This document shows positions 1 through 9,742 of a stretch of DNA of 60,224 nucleotides, piece by piece. The translations under genes and the position numbers were made by a program. Positions within the stretch are counted from its first letter, which is position 1. Each line of letters begins with the position of its first letter. Below the pieces are notes generated by a model. It was not told where the DNA came from, did no database searches, and saw only the letters and a program-made list of their open reading frames with translations. The stretch comes from Candidatus Latescibacterota bacterium. Lineage in GTDB: Bacteria; Latescibacterota; Latescibacteria; Latescibacterales; Latescibacteraceae. Location of the stretch: positions 1-60,224 of the forward strand of contig JBHPFF010000002.1 in assembly GCA_042572165.1 (NCBI GenBank), read 5' to 3'.

Positions 1-861
1 TTCCACAAAGGAGGTATTGAGGACCTGAGCGGTACAATCATTATTGATGCAACCGGTGACGGTGATATTGCTGCCTGGTCGGGAGCCAGCATTGAAATCG
101 GTCGCGACTATGACAGCGCGTGTCAACCAATGTCAGCACTCTTTCGTATGGCGAATGTTGACATCGAACGTTTGCCGGACAGCGTAGAAATCAACAGGTT
201 TTATGACCGTGCAAAAAAAACAGGTGAAGTCACAAATCCACGTCATAATGTGTTGAAGTTTTATACGGTGCATCCCGATGTCCTGCACTTCAATACAACC
301 AGAGTGCTCGGGAAATCGGCACTCGACGGTTGGTCTATTACCGAGGCGGAAATAGAAGGACGCCGCCAGGTACAGGATATGGTACGGTTTCTGAAAAAGT
401 ACATCCATGGCTTCGAGGAATCATATCTGTCAAAAACAGGCACTCAAATCGGTGTACGCGAGTCGCGGCGGATCATGGGGCACTATGTACTGACCTCCGA
501 AGATGTGCTGGAAGCTCGTCACTTCGAAGACGGTATTGCCTGTGGTTGCTATTCCATTGACATTCACAATCCCGATGGCGAGGGAACGATTATCAAGCGG
601 CTGCAAGAAGGGACGTACTACCAGATTCCCTATCGGTGCCTCATCCCGAAGAAACTGGACAACTGCATCATTGCAAGTCGATGTATCTCAACCACGCATG
701 AAGCGCATGGTTCAGTTCGCGTAATGCCTACTGTCTGGTCTATAGGACAGGCTGGAGGCACCTCGGCGGCAATGTGTATTCGTAAATGTATTCAGCCTCG
801 TGATGTCGATGTCAAGGAACTACGTACTACCCTGAAAAATCAAGGGGCTTTTATCGAATAA
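1..861 (+). CDS. FAD-dependent oxidoreductase (the FAD_oxidored-type family common in glycan-utilisation loci), C-terminal part; 5' end is outside the window
   Basis: Frame 1 is open from nt 1 (FHKGGIEDLSGTIIIDATGDGDIAAW...) and runs into the 130..861 ORF. Motifs DATGDGD, GVRESRRIMG, YQIPYRCLIP and ASRCIS..GSVRVMPT match this family as I recall it. Confidence 0.75.
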   Translation, partial: FHKGGIEDLSGTIIIDATGDGDIAAWSGASIEIGRDYDSACQPMSALFRMANVDIERLPDSVEINRFYDRAKKTGEVTNPRHNVLKFYTVHPDVLHFNTTRVLGKSALDGWSITEAEIEGRRQVQDMVRFLKKYIHGFEESYLSKTGTQIGVRESRRIMGHYVLTSEDVLEARHFEDGIACGCYSIDIHNPDGEGTIIKRLQEGTYYQIPYRCLIPKKLDNCIIASRCISTTHEAHGSVRVMPTVWSIGQAGGTSAAMCIRKCIQPRDVDVKELRTTLKNQGAFIE

Positions 862-877
862 TACTTATGGAGATTAT

Positions 878-1768
878 ATGAAAATGCAGACTCTCATGAT
901 GCTATTATTGCTTTGTATTTTTCTTATGGTGCCACCTTTCACACAAGCACAGAATCCAGCGTTATACAGCCAGCTCGATCCGAGACCGTACGATCCTTCG
1001 GTCGATGCGAATATCAACCTGTATATAGGAAACTGGCGAGAATCAGTTCCTCGAGTAACTCACGGCACACTGATCGAGCGCGACATCCTTACACAGGGTG
1101 ATCCGCAAAATCCAACCGCGCGCGGAACAGTCCTTTCATTCGTCAACCGCTTCACATATGCAACTCTAAGTAGTCATGGAGTAACCACCCCGACTACACT
1201 TGACGGAGAACAGGAAATATTCTACGTCATTTCCGGAACAGGTTTAATCTATACCGGGGAGAAGATCACTGAACTCTCGGGAGGAATCGCTATCCTCATA
1301 CCCCCGGGAATAGAGTTCAGTATTTCGAATACAGCCTCAGAGTCCTTGACAATGTTCGTTATATCGGAGCCCTGTACACCAGGTTTTCGTCCGAATTCCG
1401 AGATTTTGGTCGCGAACGAACACACTACCCCATATAAACAACCTATGTCACACTGGGTCAGCCTCTCAAAAATCCTCTTCAGTACTCAATCGGGATTGGC
1501 AGTACTGGAAAATGTAGTTATTGTTGAGCTCCATCCCATGACATTCTTTCATCCTCATAGCCATCCGGAAGGATGCGAAGAAGTCTGGACAGCAATGACT
1601 GACAATTGCTATTTCCTCCTTGGTAAAGAGATAAGGTACCAGCCGTCTGGTACGGCATATATGATTCCACCAAATGGAAAAACACCCCATGCAAATTTCA
1701 ATGTTTCAGATGTTACCTGTAAGTTGTTTTATTTTGCTCGATATAGTGACCACAAGCTGCGGCCATAG
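878..1768 (+). CDS. Secreted bicupin, single module. The N-terminal barrel lacks metal ligands; the C-terminal barrel has a canonical cupin metal site.
   Basis: GGAG lies 8 nt upstream of the ATG. Sec-type leader MKMQTLMMLLLLCIFLMVPPFTQAQ. Cupin motif 1 is HPHSHPEGCEEVW (nt 1550-1588) and motif 2-like is GTAYMIPPNGKTPHANFN. It starts 17 nt after the upstream CDS. Confidence 0.75.
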   Translation: MKMQTLMMLLLLCIFLMVPPFTQAQNPALYSQLDPRPYDPSVDANINLYIGNWRESVPRVTHGTLIERDILTQGDPQNPTARGTVLSFVNRFTYATLSSHGVTTPTTLDGEQEIFYVISGTGLIYTGEKITELSGGIAILIPPGIEFSISNTASESLTMFVISEPCTPGFRPNSEILVANEHTTPYKQPMSHWVSLSKILFSTQSGLAVLENVVIVELHPMTFFHPHSHPEGCEEVWTAMTDNCYFLLGKEIRYQPSGTAYMIPPNGKTPHANFNVSDVTCKLFYFARYSDHKLRP

Positions 1769-1925
1769 TATAAACCGCTAAGCTTTTATTCGATATTCCG
1801 AAGGGATAAGGCAAATCGGCGATAATATGTCAGTAGATAGGAGTTCCATCATCTCTTGATGATATATATAACCTAACTAAATACAATTAATAAACCAACT
1901 TTTCGGAAAACTGGAGAGATGACCC

Positions 1926-2969
1926 ATGAATAAATCACGTCGAAACTTTATTCGCCGCATTACTGCATCCACAGCGGGAATCGTTGCAGCATCTTATGTG
2001 AAACCGGTTTCTACACAAATTTTAAAATCCAAGATCAGTGTTATACTTGAAAAAGGCTCCGATCGTCGCGAAACAGTTTACAACGCAATAAAGCCATTTA
2101 AGAAGGAAATCGAGAGAGGCATTCAGAAAAAGCGGGTATTCGTAAAACCCAATAACGTAATGGACAGTCACCCGCTTTGTGCAACGAATCCCGATACATT
2201 ACGTGCTGTACTTGACCTCCTAACAGAAATAACCGATCAGCAGATTGTTATTGCCGAATCCACAGCCTCACCCTTGGGAACAATGTACACTTTCGAGGAA
2301 TATGGGTATTTCCCGCTAGAAAAAGAGTACAATATAAAACTTTACGACCTCAATACCAGCACGTCCACAACGCGCTGGATTCATGATCAAAAACTCATAC
2401 CTGTGGGTATCGAGATTATTGACGAATTCCTTGCCCCGGACATCTACTGGATTTCCGTTGCCATTACCAAGACGCATGACAGTGCTATCGGTACGCTGGG
2501 ATTCAAAAACATGCTTATGGCGAGTCCGTTAAATGTGCACAAGTCGGACAAGCGTTTTGTCAGAAACCAGATCGAAAAAAGCAAAATGCACTGGGGAGGA
2601 TCTTTGGGTTTTAACTGGAACATGTTCCAACTGGCGCGTAATGTACGCCCGGATTTTGTTATTATCGACGGTCATGAGGGTATGGAAGGAAATGGCCCGG
2701 TCCGTGGCACCAAGGTTGAGCATGGTATAGCGCTTGCCGGCCCTGATGTGGTAGCGGTTGATCGTACTGCACTCGAACTTATGGGTATTGCGTACGAGGA
2801 TGTGGGATACCTCCAATGGTGTGCCAATGCCGGGTTCGGACAGGGGAACCGTGATCTCATTGAGGTTATTGGCGAAAAAGTGACAGACCACATTATCAAG
2901 TACAAATCTCATTCCAACATTGAAAGAGAACTTGAATGGAAACTAGGTGGAGTTAAGGCACCGGATTGA
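1926..2969 (+). CDS. Tat-signal DUF362 domain protein (divergent paralog D)
   Basis: Twin-arginine leader SRRNFIRRITASTAG. Motifs VFVKPNN, IVIAES, ITKTHDSAIGTLGFKN, IIDGHEGMEGNGPVRG and GPDVVAVDR are as I recall for DUF362. Confidence 0.7.
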   Translation: MNKSRRNFIRRITASTAGIVAASYVKPVSTQILKSKISVILEKGSDRRETVYNAIKPFKKEIERGIQKKRVFVKPNNVMDSHPLCATNPDTLRAVLDLLTEITDQQIVIAESTASPLGTMYTFEEYGYFPLEKEYNIKLYDLNTSTSTTRWIHDQKLIPVGIEIIDEFLAPDIYWISVAITKTHDSAIGTLGFKNMLMASPLNVHKSDKRFVRNQIEKSKMHWGGSLGFNWNMFQLARNVRPDFVIIDGHEGMEGNGPVRGTKVEHGIALAGPDVVAVDRTALELMGIAYEDVGYLQWCANAGFGQGNRDLIEVIGEKVTDHIIKYKSHSNIERELEWKLGGVKAPD

Positions 2970-3325
2970 AAGCCGGGAGAAAATACGCCAGAGGCGTTCA
3001 TTTAAAAGTTTTCTGTTTACATTTTTCAGTACCTGCAAACGATTTTTACTTTACCCAGAAAAGTTGATCCAGGTTATATGTTAGGATTTAATGTAAAATT
3101 CTCGGAAAGTAGCGTGGTCGATATTATATCTCATAACTATAGTAGGCTTACTAACACACAAAGTGGTATAAAGAAAGGGTGCAGGTCAAGTGTGCAAATG
3201 AAACGAGATGGCAAAGTATCCGATCTATTTACTTGATAATATGCTTTTTTATGTTGAATAGGTATAGAATTATTACGAGGAACAAATCAAAGCTGGATTA
3301 TTTTGCATGAAAGGAGGAATGTGGC

Positions 3326-5419
3326 ATGATCAGGATAATCTGTATTTTATGGGTTTCGGTCGTTCTTTTTCTTTCCCCTGAACTTCATTGTTATTGTGAT
3401 ACAGTAGATGTGGATGAATTAATACAATTGGTTCAGAGGTCAGTATCAGGAAACAGAGCTCGGGATTATACGATGAGAATGTGGCAGTATGACAAATGGT
3501 CAACACTGCCGATGTGGAAAAAAACGGCCAGAGAAGTTCAAACAATTATGAGGGAACGTGGATATGATGAAGCTGAGATTGTCGACACTCCGGCAGATGG
3601 TATTACTCAGTACGGCACCTGGACAAACCCGATTGGCTGGGATGTAAAACAGGCTACACTCGAGGTTATTGAACCGGCGAATTTGCCCGAAGAATACAGA
3701 TATCTCTGCAATTTCCTCGATAATCCCACTTCATTGAATAACTTTAGCTGCCCGACACCTCCTGAGGGAATCGAGACCGAGCTTGTTCTCCTAGAAAGAT
3801 CGAATTCGGAAGAATTGAGTAAGCTTAATGCGAGCGGGAAAATAATTCTTGTCTCATCGGGTTCACGCGGCTTGAAAAAATACCTCGATACTCATGGAGT
3901 GCTCGGTATTGTGTCCGACGAAATCGAGGGTAATAACAGGGATTTTATTACTGCGAATCAATGGTTAAATGGCTGGAGCGATTTTCACGGCGGATGGCAG
4001 ATGAATGCTTCCGACAGCAGGAATAATTTTAGTTTTTCGATTTCACAGAAAAAAGGGAATTATCTCAGGAATCTTCTGCGGCAGGGAAAAACTGTTAAAG
4101 TCCGTGCGAAAGTAGACAGTAGATATTTTACAGATGATACACTTCCCTATGTCACAGGATGTATAAGAGGAGCGGGAAGCGAAGGTGAAGAAGTGTTGAT
4201 AGTGGGTCATATGTATGAGTGGGGAGCGAATGACAACTGTACAGGGTGTGCCGCAATCCTTGAATCTGTGGGAACTTTGAATGATTTGATAATATCGGGT
4301 GTACTGCCGCGTCCGAAACGCTCGATACGTGTGTGGATGGGGTTTGAGCTTTATGGGTCAATGGCGTTTACCATACATAATCTTGAGAGGCTGCGCAGTA
4401 AAACCATCGCCAGTGTATGCTGTGACACACCGGCTGAATGCTATGATTTTTCTTCAACAGCATACAGTATAGCGATGAATATCAATGCATGCCCCACATT
4501 TACAGATGCTGTATTTCCGGAAATGGTGGGAAAGTATTATTCCCGATATGCTCCGAATAAACTATGGGAAACAGCACCGTTTAAAGGAGGGCTGGATAAT
4601 TTCTTCGGTGAACCGATGATCGGTGTTCCTTTAAATGCGGTTTCAATGAACAAAGGAGGTCATCTTCACCATAATTCCATGGATACCATTGAAAAAGTAG
4701 ACCCGCGGACGCTTCGCGAACTGAGTATCCTCAATGCTATATACCTGTATTATATGGCTGATGCTGGATTTACTGATATTTATTGGTTTGCAAATCTGAC
4801 TTTTGATAGAGGGATAAACGTTATCCTCGAAAAATCGAAAGAGATGAGATCACTGCTGTTAGAAGCGGATAACGGGGAGGCTCTCGGGAAAATTCTCGCT
4901 GATGGAACAAGAGTAATTAACTATTACACCGATCTCCAAAAAAAGGCTTTAGACAGCATAGAGAGAATTGTTCCTGGGGATAAAAAGACCACGACCCGTA
5001 AATATCTCTCAGAGTATAAAAATTCTATTGATGATTTTGGTAGATTAATTGTGAAACAGTTTGGTGAAGCAGTAAAAGAAAAAGCCGGAGCCGGATCAAT
5101 CAAAATTGTTAAGTATGTAAAAGAAGACAGCGACTGGGAACGTAAAGCCGCAAACATTATCCCGAAACGCACAAAAGTAGGCACACTGACCCTTGAAGGA
5201 ATTCCTTATGAAGAATGGCGGGAAGTAAAGTCTTCACCCCGCTGGTGGTCGGCTACAAACTGGGCGACCGCCTCGTACTGGTGGTGCGATGGTGAGAGAA
5301 ATTTAAATCAAATCAAGGAATTGCTCGAATTGGAAGCAGGTGTCCCGGTTGAAAATTTCGATTTGATCAATTTTTACAGGTTTCTTGAAAAATACGGTTT
5401 AGTAGAGTTTGTGAAATAG
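3326..5419 (+). CDS. Secreted aminopeptidase-like (M28-fold, DUF4910-like) protein with a C-terminal winged-helix-like tail
   Basis: AAAGGAGG RBS and an N-terminal hydrophobic leader. The GHMYEWGANDNCTGCA motif resembles the H..x..ANDN.SG signature of the DUF4910 aminopeptidase-like domain. The product call is tentative. Confidence 0.5.
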   Translation: MIRIICILWVSVVLFLSPELHCYCDTVDVDELIQLVQRSVSGNRARDYTMRMWQYDKWSTLPMWKKTAREVQTIMRERGYDEAEIVDTPADGITQYGTWTNPIGWDVKQATLEVIEPANLPEEYRYLCNFLDNPTSLNNFSCPTPPEGIETELVLLERSNSEELSKLNASGKIILVSSGSRGLKKYLDTHGVLGIVSDEIEGNNRDFITANQWLNGWSDFHGGWQMNASDSRNNFSFSISQKKGNYLRNLLRQGKTVKVRAKVDSRYFTDDTLPYVTGCIRGAGSEGEEVLIVGHMYEWGANDNCTGCAAILESVGTLNDLIISGVLPRPKRSIRVWMGFELYGSMAFTIHNLERLRSKTIASVCCDTPAECYDFSSTAYSIAMNINACPTFTDAVFPEMVGKYYSRYAPNKLWETAPFKGGLDNFFGEPMIGVPLNAVSMNKGGHLHHNSMDTIEKVDPRTLRELSILNAIYLYYMADAGFTDIYWFANLTFDRGINVILEKSKEMRSLLLEADNGEALGKILADGTRVINYYTDLQKKALDSIERIVPGDKKTTTRKYLSEYKNSIDDFGRLIVKQFGEAVKEKAGAGSIKIVKYVKEDSDWERKAANIIPKRTKVGTLTLEGIPYEEWREVKSSPRWWSATNWATASYWWCDGERNLNQIKELLELEAGVPVENFDLINFYRFLEKYGLVEFVK

Positions 5420-5565
5420 AGTAAGGGATTGTGGCTTGTTCAAATTTTAGGCACAGAAGGGTGAAGGGGGTAGTGGTTAAATTTTTTCTGATAAATACTT
5501 TGATTTATATTAATTAAAATCTTCGGATAGTAAAAAACTTCCTAATTATAAAATGGAGGCTGACC

Positions 5566-6897
5566 ATGAAGAGGAGATCATTTCTCGGTACAGCAGTCGG
5601 AACAGCGACTCTTTCTTCTGGGATTACAGGCTGTGCTGAAAGAGAAAAAAGCATGGATAATATCTCAAAGACCGGTGAAAAGTATGTAACGTACAATGGT
5701 AAACTCGCCGAAATGACCCTTGAGGAGGTTAAAAGGCAGTATGAATACGACCTCTTCGAAGATTTTATTTCTTTCCATGATAAATATGTTATTGATCACA
5801 AATACGGAAGTTTTACAGCCAACACCGATCATGATGGTTCACATCCTGACACAAACACAACATCATCATACATGGGAAGAGGGATATGGTGCTATTCCTT
5901 TCTGTACAATAACCTTGCACGGGAGGACAGATACCTCGATATCGCAAGTAAAGCTGTAAAGTTTATCCTCAAACACCAGCCTGCAGGCGATGATTTCTGG
6001 CCGGGTTTATATTCATGTGAGGGAGAGGCGATAGGCTCAGGCAAAGGAAGCTATCCCGGTGATTGTTACATCGCAGAGGGTCTTGCCGAATTCGCAAAAG
6101 CAACTGGAGAAACAAAATATATGGATATTGCCAGAGAAACAATATTTAAGTGCCTTAAGCATTATGACAGAGCTGACTTCAAAGATAGTTCTACCCCGTA
6201 CCCCGGTGCACGGAGTCTGTGGTACTGGATGCTTTTAATGTGGTTTGGCACCAATACGCTCAAATACAAGCCTGACGCCGATCTTGAAAAGTTGGTTGCA
6301 CGATGCATAGATGCCATAATGAACTATCATAAGAATCCAAAGTTCGATCTTATGAATAATTATATCAATCATGACCTTTCCCGCTCGGAGGACCCAAAAT
6401 ATTCCGAGGTGGCGGCATGCGGACATGCCACAGAGGCTACATGGATGATAATGTATGAAGCCGAACGCACGAAAAACAAAGCTCTGTTCGACCGCGCCGC
6501 CGAGCAGTTCAAACGTCATGCAATAGTCAGTAAAGATGATGTTTACGGCGGCTATTTCAATGATCTCTATAATGTTGATGAAAACAGATGGCAACTCTCC
6601 AAAATCTCCTGGGCACAGGCATTTATCCTTATCAATTCGCTCTATATTATCGAGCATGCGGGCGCACTGTGGGCAAAAGATATTTTCGGCGATCAGTTCA
6701 CCTGGGTCCAGGAAAAGCTCCCGCTCAAAAAATATGGCCATTCACTGTGGCTGGAGCCCAGAGACAGAAAAACTACCTTTATACCTCATGCAAGCCGAAA
6801 GGATAACTATCATCATCCGAGGCATCTCATGCTTAACCTTATGTCTCTCGAGAGAATGGTAGAAAGAGGGGGGAAAATATCAGGAGTCTTTGCATAA
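5566..6897 (+). CDS. AGE-superfamily (N-acylglucosamine 2-epimerase-like, alpha/alpha-6 barrel) protein with a Tat leader plus lipobox
   Basis: Leader MKRRSFLGTAVGTATLSSGITGC combines a twin arginine with the lipobox ITGC. Internal GHATEATWMIMYE and GGYFNDL resemble AGE-family motifs. The family call is tentative. Confidence 0.5.
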   Translation: MKRRSFLGTAVGTATLSSGITGCAEREKSMDNISKTGEKYVTYNGKLAEMTLEEVKRQYEYDLFEDFISFHDKYVIDHKYGSFTANTDHDGSHPDTNTTSSYMGRGIWCYSFLYNNLAREDRYLDIASKAVKFILKHQPAGDDFWPGLYSCEGEAIGSGKGSYPGDCYIAEGLAEFAKATGETKYMDIARETIFKCLKHYDRADFKDSSTPYPGARSLWYWMLLMWFGTNTLKYKPDADLEKLVARCIDAIMNYHKNPKFDLMNNYINHDLSRSEDPKYSEVAACGHATEATWMIMYEAERTKNKALFDRAAEQFKRHAIVSKDDVYGGYFNDLYNVDENRWQLSKISWAQAFILINSLYIIEHAGALWAKDIFGDQFTWVQEKLPLKKYGHSLWLEPRDRKTTFIPHASRKDNYHHPRHLMLNLMSLERMVERGGKISGVFA

Positions 6898-7050
6898 AAT
6901 TTCATTTCCGGCTTGTTTTGATGTTTTGATTCATTGAGCGTTTGACAATGACGTTAATATTTTACACTTTTGGTTGTAATTTGTGTTCTTTTTTCTTATG
7001 ATGTATTCTGTTTTGATTTTTAATCTTTACTGTCGTGAAGGAAACTTTGA

Positions 7051-8427
7051 ATGCTCTTTCATAGCTGGATTTTTGTTGTATATTTTATATTTACACTGAT
7101 AATGTTAGTTGCGCTTAAGCGTACCGGATTCTGGCTTCACTGGCTCCTTTTCGCTTCATACTTTTTTTATGGCTGGCTTAATCCGCTCTTTCTCATTCTT
7201 ATTTGCTACTCGACGGTGATTACCTACCTGGTTGGTCTTAAGCTTGGTAGTGTGAATAACAAGAAGCTGTGGCTAAGTCTCTGTATTGTCAACGGTGTAT
7301 TTCTGCTCGGCTTTTTTAAATACGCCGGATTTGTAACGGAAAATCTGAATTTCATTTTCAATACACTGGGGCTTTCAGTTAGTATTCCGGAACCGGGTTT
7401 CATACTTCCGGTCGGGATATCCTTCTATACATTTATCAGCATTGGCTATGTTATTGATGTCTACACTGGGAAAATACCATCCGAGCGGAATTTTATCAGG
7501 CTGGCAGCTTTTATTAGCTTCTTCCCCTATCTTCTTGCCGGTCCTATTGAGCGGGCAAAGAATATTTTGCCACAGTTGAGTACGCCTCTAAAAATTAACC
7601 GTTGTGCAATCACAGAAGGAGCTTCGCTGTTTGTAGTGGGACTATTCAAAAAGTTAGCCCTTGCCGATTTCCTTTCGCTGTATGTCAATCAGGTGTACGG
7701 TGATCCGACCGAATATCATGGATTAACACTTCTCGTCGCCACATATGCTTTCACCTGGCAGATTTATTTCGACTTCAGCGGATATACCGACATGGCACGT
7801 GGTTGTGCACGGATACTTGGTTTCAAGCTTATGTTGAATTTCAATAATCCTTATCTCTCGGCAGGACTCGGAGAATTCTGGCAGAGGTGGCATATCAGCC
7901 TCTCCAGCTGGTTCAGGGATTATGTTTATATTCCCCTCGGAGGAAACCGTCGCGGGCGTTTCAACACTTACAGAAACATGGTGCTGACTATGCTCATCGC
8001 CGGATTGTGGCATGGAGCCGCATGGAACTTTGTTATCTGGGGCGGCTTACACGCTCTGGGTCGCTGTGTCACAAGAGAGTTAGAGAAAACCCGTTTCTAC
8101 TGTGAACGTGTTCCCAGAATTGTAAAACAACTGCTCGTTTTTCATTTTGTGTGTTTGACCTGGATTTTCTTCCGTGCTGAGACTATAGGGGATGCGATAA
8201 CAGTGTTAACCGGAATATTTTCATTTGTTCCAGAGGATCCAAGGTTTCCGGTATGTGCGATACTTTTAATACTCGGCGTCTGGTTATACCAGTTCATGTA
8301 CGAATCAAATTTCAGGAAAATACTTGAATTGTCTTTTATCAGAGTCGTGTTTGTGCTGTCAATGATTTTATATCTCATTTTCTTCAGGACATCTGGTTAT
8401 GAAGTCTTCTACTATTTCAGGTTCTAA
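7051..8427 (+). CDS. MBOAT family membrane O-acyltransferase (AlgI/PatA/DltB-like)
   Basis: Polytopic hydrophobic protein. Signature WHISLSSWFRDYVYIPLGGNRRG ... GLWHGAAWNFVIWGGLH includes the conserved MBOAT His. Confidence 0.85.
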   Translation: MLFHSWIFVVYFIFTLIMLVALKRTGFWLHWLLFASYFFYGWLNPLFLILICYSTVITYLVGLKLGSVNNKKLWLSLCIVNGVFLLGFFKYAGFVTENLNFIFNTLGLSVSIPEPGFILPVGISFYTFISIGYVIDVYTGKIPSERNFIRLAAFISFFPYLLAGPIERAKNILPQLSTPLKINRCAITEGASLFVVGLFKKLALADFLSLYVNQVYGDPTEYHGLTLLVATYAFTWQIYFDFSGYTDMARGCARILGFKLMLNFNNPYLSAGLGEFWQRWHISLSSWFRDYVYIPLGGNRRGRFNTYRNMVLTMLIAGLWHGAAWNFVIWGGLHALGRCVTRELEKTRFYCERVPRIVKQLLVFHFVCLTWIFFRAETIGDAITVLTGIFSFVPEDPRFPVCAILLILGVWLYQFMYESNFRKILELSFIRVVFVLSMILYLIFFRTSGYEVFYYFRF

Positions 8428-9511
8428 CAGCATTATCCTGTCTTTGAGGGATTGGATTATCACAATCGTTCTTATTGCTGTGATTTCAGCTCTCATTTAC
8501 AATGGCTGGTTCAAATGGGAGCGGTTTAATCCTGGTAAAGACTACAGGGTGACCTGCTGGGCTGAACGAGAGAGTGATTACTGGGCATTTGCCCGGTGGA
8601 GCCATCGTGCAGGGGAGCGTTATAATATCTTTTTGATAGGAGATTCTGTCATCTGGGGGCAGGAAACCAGGCTTGATGAAACCATAAGCCATTATCTGAA
8701 TGAATGTCTTGGCGATGAGATTATCGCAAATATTGGAATAGACGGTCTTCACATGGCGGGAATCAACGGAATGGTCAAGTATTACGGTAAATATCTGGAC
8801 AACAAAAACATCATCCTGCAATTCAACCCTTTATGGATGTCTTCCGAGAAGCGCGATCTGAGAGGCGAGGGAAGAATATCATACCATCATCCCCGCCTTA
8901 TCCCGCAGCTATCCTTTCGCATAAACTATAATCAGCCACTTGAAGTAAGAGTCGGCTATCTTTTTGACCATTTTCTCCGCCTGCCAATTTTGGTTCGTCA
9001 TCTGATGGTCAACTATTTCAATAACAAAAGTATTGCCAACTGGATGATGGATAATCCATATAGAAATCCATTCTCTGCCATCACTTTCACCGCTACTCCC
9101 GTGATGGCGGAAAAACAGGGAAAAGGAATTGACTGGAAAGCTAAAGGCATGGAAATAAGTGATTCACCTTTTGTTTCAATTAATGAATCGATGCAGTGGC
9201 AATGTTATTTCAACGCCCTTGAATCTCTGAAAAAAGTGAATGCAAGAGTATTTGTGCTCCTTGGACCGTACAACACTCATGCGTTGACTCCAGATAGCAT
9301 AAAACGCCTCAAATCCATGATTGGGGATGTGAAGAAAAGCTTGGATGATTCAGGAATTCTTTATTTCGATTCTATGGAAAACAATCTGCCGAGCGACACT
9401 TTCGGAGATTCCTGTCACCTGCTCAAGGACGGTCATCTCATGCTTGCCCGAAACCTGATGAATGATACCCGTTTCCGTGAATGGCTAAAAGAAAAAAAAA
9501 TATTTCGCTGA
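8399..9511 (+). CDS. Membrane-anchored SGNH-like hydrolase/acetyltransferase, partner of the MBOAT protein (AlgJ/PatB-like role)
   Basis: It overlaps the MBOAT gene by 29 nt. It has an N-terminal TM helix, a block I-like motif LIGDSVIWGQ and a block V-like motif DSCHL (DxxH). Confidence 0.55.
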   Translation: MKSSTISGSNSIILSLRDWIITIVLIAVISALIYNGWFKWERFNPGKDYRVTCWAERESDYWAFARWSHRAGERYNIFLIGDSVIWGQETRLDETISHYLNECLGDEIIANIGIDGLHMAGINGMVKYYGKYLDNKNIILQFNPLWMSSEKRDLRGEGRISYHHPRLIPQLSFRINYNQPLEVRVGYLFDHFLRLPILVRHLMVNYFNNKSIANWMMDNPYRNPFSAITFTATPVMAEKQGKGIDWKAKGMEISDSPFVSINESMQWQCYFNALESLKKVNARVFVLLGPYNTHALTPDSIKRLKSMIGDVKKSLDDSGILYFDSMENNLPSDTFGDSCHLLKDGHLMLARNLMNDTRFREWLKEKKIFR

Positions 9512-9655
9512 CTATAATTATTTATGGTTCATCCAGTTAATGCTTACCTTGACTCATGAATGAAGTGGATACCCGTTAATTGAGTGAACTACTTTTATTA
9601 CTTAAGTAAACTGAAGAAATCGTTGAGACCATCATATTGGAAGGAACAAAGAAAT

Positions 9656-9697
9656 CCGGATGATTGAGAACCATTTGTGCAGTGCCCAATCATCCGG
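9656..9697 (-). terminator. Hairpin between convergent genes; candidate terminator for the minus-strand gene remnant
   Basis: Perfect 11-bp stem CCGGATGATTG/CAATCATCCGG with a 20-nt loop. On the minus strand it is followed by ATTTCTTTGTT. Confidence 0.35.
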
Positions 9698-9742
9698 TAA
9701 AATTAACATAATTCAAATAACTAAATAGAAAAACAACAAGAA

